Source: Lama guanicoe
Lineage: Eukaryota
DNA: 64,000 nucleotides
Assembly: GCA_013239625.1 (NCBI GenBank)
Contig: MU054338.1
Location: 4,365,371 to 4,429,370 of the forward strand
Direction: 5' to 3'
The notes below the pieces were generated by a model. It was not told the DNA's origin. It ran no database searches and saw only the letters and a program-made list of their open reading frames with translations. Below are positions 24,130-64,000 of the stretch, piece by piece. How positions within the stretch are numbered: the first letter of the stretch is position 1; every line of letters begins with the position of its first letter. The position numbers and the translations under genes are program-made.

Positions 24130-24830
24130 GAGCTGTGAGTGAAGGCAAATGGGGTGCAGATGAGAACAGGTGAGGATGGCAGGTAAAGATGCAGGTGAGC
24201 ATGAAGATGGGAAGGCAGAGGGAGACTGTAGGGTTATGATGCTGGTGGAGACACAGGTAAAGACGCAGGGGAAGGTGCAGGTGGGAAGGCAGGTAACTAC
24301 GTAGGTAAGGATGCTGGTAAGAACATAGGAAGAGATCCAGAGAAGGATGTAGGTAAAGATGCAGGTCCTCACCCAGATGAGTATGCAGAGAAAATACAGG
24401 TGAGGACGCCAGCGGAAAGACAGGTGAGATTATAGGGAAGAACACTGGTAAAGATACAGGTAAGTTTATAAAGATATAGGTAGGGGAAGAAGGTGAAGAT
24501 GCAAAAAATGCAGGTGGATACAGTTGAGCGTGTAGGGGAGAGAGCAGGTAAAGACCCGGATGAGAATATTGGTAAGAGTTCAGGTGACGATGCAATAGGA
24601 GGTAGGTAAGCAAGGGGGTGAGAGCTCAGGCGGAGGGGCAGTGAGCTGCTGGTGAGGATCAAGGTGAGAATGCAAATGAGAATTCAGGTGAGGATGGAGC
24701 TGAGGTGCGGTGAGATGCGGAGGAAGATGCAGGCGCATGCCCAGCTAGGTGCAGACGGCAGGCCCCGTGCTTTAGGCGAGGAAGCCCGTGAACTCGCAGG
24801 TGACCTGCAGGAGGGATGGGGTGGGACTCA
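24130..24830. repeat. Degenerate ~12-nt tandem repeat (consensus ~GATGCAGGTRAR)
   Basis: Dozens of diverged units, e.g. gatgcaggtgag, gacgcagggga, gatacaggtaag, gatgctggtaag. Confidence 0.8.
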
Positions 24831-24945
24831 GGCAAGGTTTCAGTAGGATGAAGCAGGGCTGCACATGCAGCAGCTGGGGGTCGCAGCTGCCCCTTTCCCC
24901 TCTCAAAGACGTCCAGGCTTTGGGAGATGTGAAATATAACTGAAC

Positions 24946-24951
24946 TTTATT
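24946..24951 (-). terminator. C3 polyadenylation signal AATAAA
   Basis: TTTATT on plus, 21 nt downstream of the C3 stop, consistent with the short C3 3' UTR. Confidence 0.85.
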
Positions 24952-24972
24952 GGGTGGACAATGGCGGTGGAG

Positions 24973-54767
<29,795 letters not shown>

Positions 54768-54849
54768 GGTGCAGGGGCAGTGGAGGGACAGAGGGGCAGA
54801 GGGACTGAGGGAGAGGACGGGGAGGAGTGAGTCGGGGCTGCTGGAGGCT

Positions 54850-54970
54850 GCCTTTTATCTGGCTCCCCCCTTTTCCCCTCCTCAGCCCAGCCCTCCACTC
54901 CCTGCAGCCTCCCCCCTCCCTGGGGCTGCCCCAGATTTCTCAATACGTTTCCTAAATTTTTCAATCTGCA
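54850..54970 (-). promoter_or_regulatory. C3 proximal promoter: TATA-like GATAAAA plus tandem C/EBP (bZIP) acute-phase elements
   Basis: Minus strand reads ATTGAAAAATTTAGGAAACGTATTGAGAAATCTGGGG (54929-54965) and GATAAAA (54853-54859), about 90 nt upstream of the ATG. This matches the known IL-1/IL-6 responsive C/EBP arrangement of mammalian C3 promoters. Confidence 0.8.
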
Positions 54971-57900
54971 GGGCCAGCAGGGGCCTGGGGTAAGTAACCC
55001 AAGGGCATGTCCTCCTGTAACAGAAGAAACACAACAGCCTCCTGCCCTGGCCTTTTTCAGGGTCAAGGCCAGCTGGCGAATAGGGACCTTTCCCTGTGAC
55101 ACTCACTTTATAGCAGAGGAAAACCGAGGGCAGAGACACCCACCCCAGCCCCACCCAACCTCAAATATCTAGGTCTGGTCTTCAGTCCACTTTTGGCCAT
55201 GCATTTATTAACCAAATCCTTCCTGTGAGTCCATCTTTATGCTGGTAGCTAGAGTCCCACTTCTAGAACCTTCCATGCTGGAGTTGGGGGTGGAGGACGA
55301 AGTCCAGCACTGACACTCGTAGCCCCATGGGGTGGCTTCCTCAGTGGAGAAGAACTCTGTTTCTTAGAGGGTCAGGGAAGACTTCTTGGAGGAGAGAACA
55401 TTTTAGCTGGACTTTGAAGTATGTGTAGGAGTTCACTATCCAGTTGAGAAGGTTTCCTAGGGCAAGGAGAGCCGCGAGCTCCCTTCTTATATTCTTGTCA
55501 AGAGGCCCGAGTGGCTATGAGGGTTTATCAAAGTCATAGTTGAGGACGGTCTAATTGCTAGTTTTTGTCTTACATCAATATCGTCTTAGGATAGTGTTAT
55601 GAAACTTTAGCTTTTTGTGTATGAGTAGGTAATATAGTTATATGGCTCAACGTCTAAAAGATAAAAGTAAATACACAGGGAAGAGGTAATCCTTCTCCAG
55701 CTCCTATTCTTGTGCATTTACAAGTGTTTGCAAATTAAAAAAAAACCAAGTGCCAGCAAGCTCTGCACACTGCCCTGCCTCCTCTCCCCAGGCCACACCT
55801 TGCTGGTTCATAAACAAGATACCTTAGAGATTGTGTCCTATCAGTGCACAACTTCCTTGTTCTTACCGGTGACTGTTTCACTGCCTTATGTGAAAATAAC
55901 TAGCCATCTACTGATGGACAGACAGACTTCCATTGTTCCAAACCATGCTCCCTCCACGGGGTAATCTTGAACTTGCATTATTTCCCAGTTCTTACGATTA
56001 TGAGGTGGTAAACTTTGGGCAAGTTACTAATAACCATCTGAGCCTCAGTTTCCTCCTGTAAAGGGGGGTTTATCATAGCAGCAGTTTCAAAGAGTTCTTA
56101 CTGCAAGGAGAAGAGATAACCTGGGATCAAAGTCTGTGCGCAACAGTAATCTTGCTAGATATGTCTCAGTTCCCCTCCAACAGTATAGTGATTTGCATGC
56201 TTGCTGGCCCTGCGCAAAATTGCCAATTTCCTCACAGCCTCCCCTCGAGGGCATGTTGGTAAAAGCTTTGGATTTTTGCCTCAGTGTCATTTTAATTTAA
56301 TTCCCAGGAGGCTGAACATCTGGGGCAGGCAGATGTGAAGTCCAGGTGAAGGAGGGGATGGTGTGTGGATAGGCAAACCCAGATCCCTGAGGGGTGGTTT
56401 CCAAAGCTCCTTTAAGGGGTTAATGGTGAACTCACTCTGATTTCCTGTAAACCATGCTCTTTTCCTGGCCATACACCATGGCCCCGGTCAGGGGGGGAGG
56501 CCAGGGGGGAGGCGTGGAGAAACAGAACAAACCTGGCTTATGTCTGCTTTGATTGCGACATCCTTTCCTTAGAAGAGGAGGAGGCGGGAGAGGCAAACAC
56601 CTGCTTACCCTCCAGAATGGGGGTGTCACTTCTGAAACCTGCTACAATCCCCTCATCCCCCAGTGCTTTGTTTTCCTCCTCTGTCCCCCCACCAGAAACC
56701 CCCCCACTCCTTTTCCTGGTTTCATTATAGCCTTAAGCATTCGGGCTCTGTGGTTTGAGAAGGAATTCCAGCTTACCTCCATCTCCCTGGGAGGCTGGGC
56801 TCCTTCCTTGGAGCCTCAGTTAGTCCATCTGAACAATGGGACTGATGATAGTTTCTGCTGTTTTGAAAATTAAATGAACTCAGATGCCTCGGAGCCCTGG
56901 GCTTGGAGGGAAGGCTCCTGCCCGTGGTGGTGGAGGTCTGGGAAGGGTCCTGGCCCTGACTTCCAGGAAGTGACCAGAGGGATGGAGCGAGGTCTCCTGG
57001 GAGGCAAGGAGGTGAGAGTCAGAATCCTTCCCGGCTTTTCCCTGGGGAATGCACATTTGCACCCAGAAGTCTGGGAGGAGGATGGTGGCCCCTCAGCACA
57101 AGCCTAGCAGGGGAGGGAGAGAGGAGGCCTTCCTGGCTTGGAGTGGGGGAAAGCGAGGCTGCCTGGGCTGGTCCTATTTAGGGAACCGGGGAAATCTGGA
57201 ACATTCTTATACCAACCAAGTTATTTGTTGTTTATCTGAAATTCAAATTTAACTGGAAAGCCTGTATTTTTCTGGCAGCCCTAGCTGGGGTGCAGAGAGA
57301 ATAAAGGGAAAACAGTGGGCATGATTTCTGGAGGGGGAGCCCAGGCACCCCCTAGCCCCCACGCACCTGCCTGGGTGCAGTTATCTCTTGGCGGCACCCC
57401 ATACCCACCCTTCCCTCACACAGGTGCAGCCAGGCCTGGGAGCAGCAGGGACCCCCCCTTCCCTGCCCCCGCTCCTGGATGTGGTCCGTGTTACACTGCG
57501 TTCTGGGAATTTCTTTCCAGGACTCACATCCAGGCCCCCCCTCCCACCCCCATAACCTTGACCTGGTTGAACCAGTCCATCTGCCCACTGGCTCCTCCCC
57601 CCACCCCCCTCACGCTTACCCAGCTGAGGCCCCCTGGGCACCAGGGACCCTCACCCTGGAAGACTCAGGGGCCAGAGATTTTGACTCCAGCTCTGCCTCC
57701 TCCCAGCCTTGAAGCCTAATCTGTAAATTAGACATTCAGAGCCACAGAACCTCCCTCTGGGTCTTGGGGTTACGGTGCCTACAAGCCGAGGGCTCAGCCC
57801 GGTGCCCGGCACATGGCCAGCCCACGATGTGCTTTAGCTGGTTTTTAATTTTTGCTGACACCTGCTTCTCCTCTCTCTTGTCGTGTTTCAGTGGCAGTCC

Positions 57901-58339
57901 CACCGGGTCTCCGAGCCAGAGTTCCCACATCCTCCATCTCCCTCGTCCTCCGCGACCAGCCCCTGACACTTAGGCCGTCTCTCAGCCAATCCCTTCTCCC
58001 TGCCCTTGTGGTTCCTGGCCTTTCTGGCGTAGGCTCACTTCCTCCAGTTCATCTAGTCTATCGCAATGGGGGACTTTTCCCTAAAACACACCTTTGCATT
58101 CCTTTTACAGAATTAAGATGTATAATACAGGCATAGGCGCTCGTGACCGTGAACTGTGAGGCTCAGCGGCAGCGTCAATTTCTCACATCTTGTTTATTCC
58201 AAATGCTTTAGGTGCTATCACTGTCCGCATTTTACAAAGCAACTGAGGGCTTTGGCCACTTGCCCAAGATCCTCTAGCTGGTAAGAACTGGAATTTAAAC
58301 CCTGGCAGCAGGGCTCTGGAGTTCACGTTCCTAAACTGT

Positions 58340-58790
58340 ATGAGTTTCTGACTGCTGCTGTAACAAACGATTACAACCCTGGGAGCTTGAAACAATACAT
58401 TTTTAGAATCTTACAGTTCTAGAGGGCAGGAGTTTGAAATTAAGATGTGAGCAGGGCTGTTTCCTTTGGAGGCTCTCGGGAAGAATCTGTTCCTGGCCTT
58501 TTCCAGCTTCTAGGGGCTGCCTGCATCCCTTGGCTTGTGGCCCTTCCTGCATCTTCAAAGCACATCATTCTAGCCTGTTTCCAGCATCACTTCTCATTCT
58601 CTGATCCCGACCCTGCTGCATCCCTAAAATGATCCTTGTAATGACAATGTTTCTGCCAGAGAAACCCAGAATTATCCCTCATTCTGAGATCCTTCATTTA
58701 ATCATACCTGCAAAGTGGCACTTGTCATGTAAGGGAACATAATCATGGGTTCTGGGGGTCAGGATGGGGACACGCTGGAGGAGTCATGAG
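58340..58790 (-). mobile_element. MLT1C/D-type MaLR LTR
   Basis: ctgctgtaacaaac...gcttgaaacaa...tcttacagttctagagg...cttttccagcttctaggggctgcctgcatcccttggc. Confidence 0.75.
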
Positions 58791-59906
58791 TCTGCCTCTC
58801 CCAGCATTCATGTGGAGTAAAACATCCACCCTGTGTGGCCATATCTCTCCCTGCTTTAAACTCTTCCTTGGCTCTGTGAGACCCAGCATCCAGTCCAAGT
58901 GTGTCTGCCTATCTTTAGGCTGCCGCCGGCTGCCCTTGTCCCTCCACTGGCCCCAGCCAGACCTGCAGCACAACTCACAAGCTATACTGGGCATTGCCTT
59001 GCTGCATAACTTCCTCAGTCTGCAATGCCTTCCCACTTCCTTCTTTGTCTGGCTGGGCTATATGTTCATCTGGGCCCCAGTTATACATGTTTCCGCTTGC
59101 AGGAAACCTTGACCTCAGTCCTGGTTCCCTTCCCCTGTCCCATGACTGTGCCCCCCCCCACCAAGGAATAGCGCTCAGAGCTCCAAAAGAGGTCTAGTGT
59201 TTGAGTTAAAGGATGAAGCATGGCAGGGGGAGAAATGCATCCTGGGAGCCTGAATGCAGGTGCATCTCTAACCTGCCGTGATCCCTCAGGCTTCAGGGAA
59301 ATCCAGGAAAGGCCAGGCTGTGTGGGAGGGCACTGTGCTGAGCCACTGACTCCCACTACCACCCGTGACACTCAACTCTACAGGGTCCCCATTTTACATG
59401 CCAGGAAACAGAGAGATTAAGCCGCTTCACAGGGTCACACACCAAATAGGGAGCAAGGTCAAGAGGCTTGGTGGCCGGGAGCCTAGGTGCAGAGGGGCAG
59501 TGCACACGGTGGTAAAGGACAGCTCGGAACCAGACTGCTGGCCATTTGAGTCCTGAGCCTTCCAACAATTTGTTTGCTGTGTCACCTTGGGCAAATTACA
59601 CAGACTCTCTGTGCTGCCTAAGATTTTGAATCAGTTAAAGACTATGGAAGCCTTAGAATAGGGTGTGGCATATAGCAATCACTTGGCTTCCTGTGGGTCT
59701 TTCAACCCCTCCAGCCTTTGCACTTGCTGTCCCCTCCTCTGCATCCTTTCCTCACTTCTCTGTTCACCTCTGATTCCCCAGGCTGGGCCAGGGCCCTGTG
59801 ATGAAAATGTCCGGTGACACGAGTGTTGGGATTGGACGGTCTGGGTCACTGCTCCGTCCTCAGCACCCAGCACGGGGCCCAACATGCAGCAGTCACTCCA
59901 TTAATA

Positions 59907-59912
59907 TTTATT
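59907..59912 (-). terminator. Probable GPR108 polyadenylation signal AATAAA
   Basis: First TTTATT (plus) found downstream of the stop, about 410 nt away. Confidence 0.7.
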
Positions 59913-60323
59913 GACTGTGCAAAGCAGTGGGTACTGAAAGGTCTCCCGCCCCCCTCCGCCCCTCCCCCAGCACGGGTCTCTAAACTTCAAACACAACCTC
60001 TCCGTTAGCGCTCACCCCACAGAAAGGCAAGAAACCGGGGTAGCAAAACAGACTGGTCATCATTGCACAGCTGCATGTGGGGGGCGGTCCGGGGTGGTGA
60101 CAGGGCCGCTGAGCACTTGAGGGGGTGGGAGGCTGTCTGTCTTCAGAGCAGGCTCCAGGAGCTCGGGTCTCGGGGAGCTGGGCGCCGGCCGAGCACTGGC
60201 CCCCCGCTCCTCCCCCCCAGCCGTGCTCTGGGAGACGCTGGAGTGAGGAACGCGTGAGGAGAGGAGGACGGAGGAGGACGAAGGAGGACGAAGGAGGACG
60301 AAGGACTGCTCGAGGTGGGGACA

Positions 60324-63551
<3,228 letters not shown>

Positions 63552-64000
63552 CTGGGGAGGGGGAGGCCGGGGGCCTGAAGGCTGGGCTCAGGCAACACCA
63601 GCTGTGCCCAGGGACTCAGTGGCTCCTCTGGGTCTCCTCTCTGGGGGCCAGCGGTGGCCCAATCGGTGGTCACCAAGCTTCAGCATTTGGCCACCACCCA
63701 TCAGATGGCTGCCATGTCCCTATGCTGATCACACCAGCGATTATTTGTTGTTTCCTGTGATTTTGTCACTCATTCACTGAAGTCCATTATTTAAAAAGAA
63801 AATGCTGTATTTACAAAAAGGCCGGTTATACAGAGAGGCATCAGGGTATCACTGGACCCTGGTGTCAGGCTGTTTGGCTTCAAATCCCAGCTTTTGGGCC
63901 TCAGTTTTTTCATCTTTAGAATGGGGATAACAATGGTACAAGGAATCAATGAGTTAACACCTGCAAAGCTCGCAGGACACTGCCTGGTGCATAGGGAGCA

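Noticed and set aside
24017..24613. 198-aa minus-strand ORF downstream of C3
   Set aside because: Low-complexity translation of the 12-nt repeat, with no start context or recognisable domain.

Overview
Mammalian genomic DNA, almost certainly camelid (alpaca/camel), judged from several copies of a tRNA-derived SINE of the camelid Vic-1 type. The window is the conserved TNFSF14 (LIGHT) - C3 - GPR108 block (syntenic with human 19p13.3), with all three genes on the minus strand. By hand-splicing I recover TNFSF14 complete (4 coding exons, 241 aa), complement C3 complete (41 exons, 4995 nt, 1664 aa, with intact RRRR linker, C3a, GCGEQ thioester and catalytic His) and the last 14 exons of GPR108. 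The first ~13 kb is intergenic and dominated by nested L1, SINE, MLT and DNA-transposon fossils, with one 104-N gap. I see no clearly new gene system. The most interesting signals are lineage-level changes and unexplained non-coding structure: a 4-aa insertion in C3 exon 9; loss of the LIGHT-deltaTM cryptic donor; a 62-nt terminal intron and a stop-codon shift in GPR108; a ~60-bp degenerate array inside C3's GC-AG intron; an array of splice-donor/E-box-like 12-mers just past the C3 polyA site; and an antisense, mRNA-3'-end-like segment in C3 intron 17. Comparisons to human are from memory and were not run. Repeat family names and boundaries are approximate.
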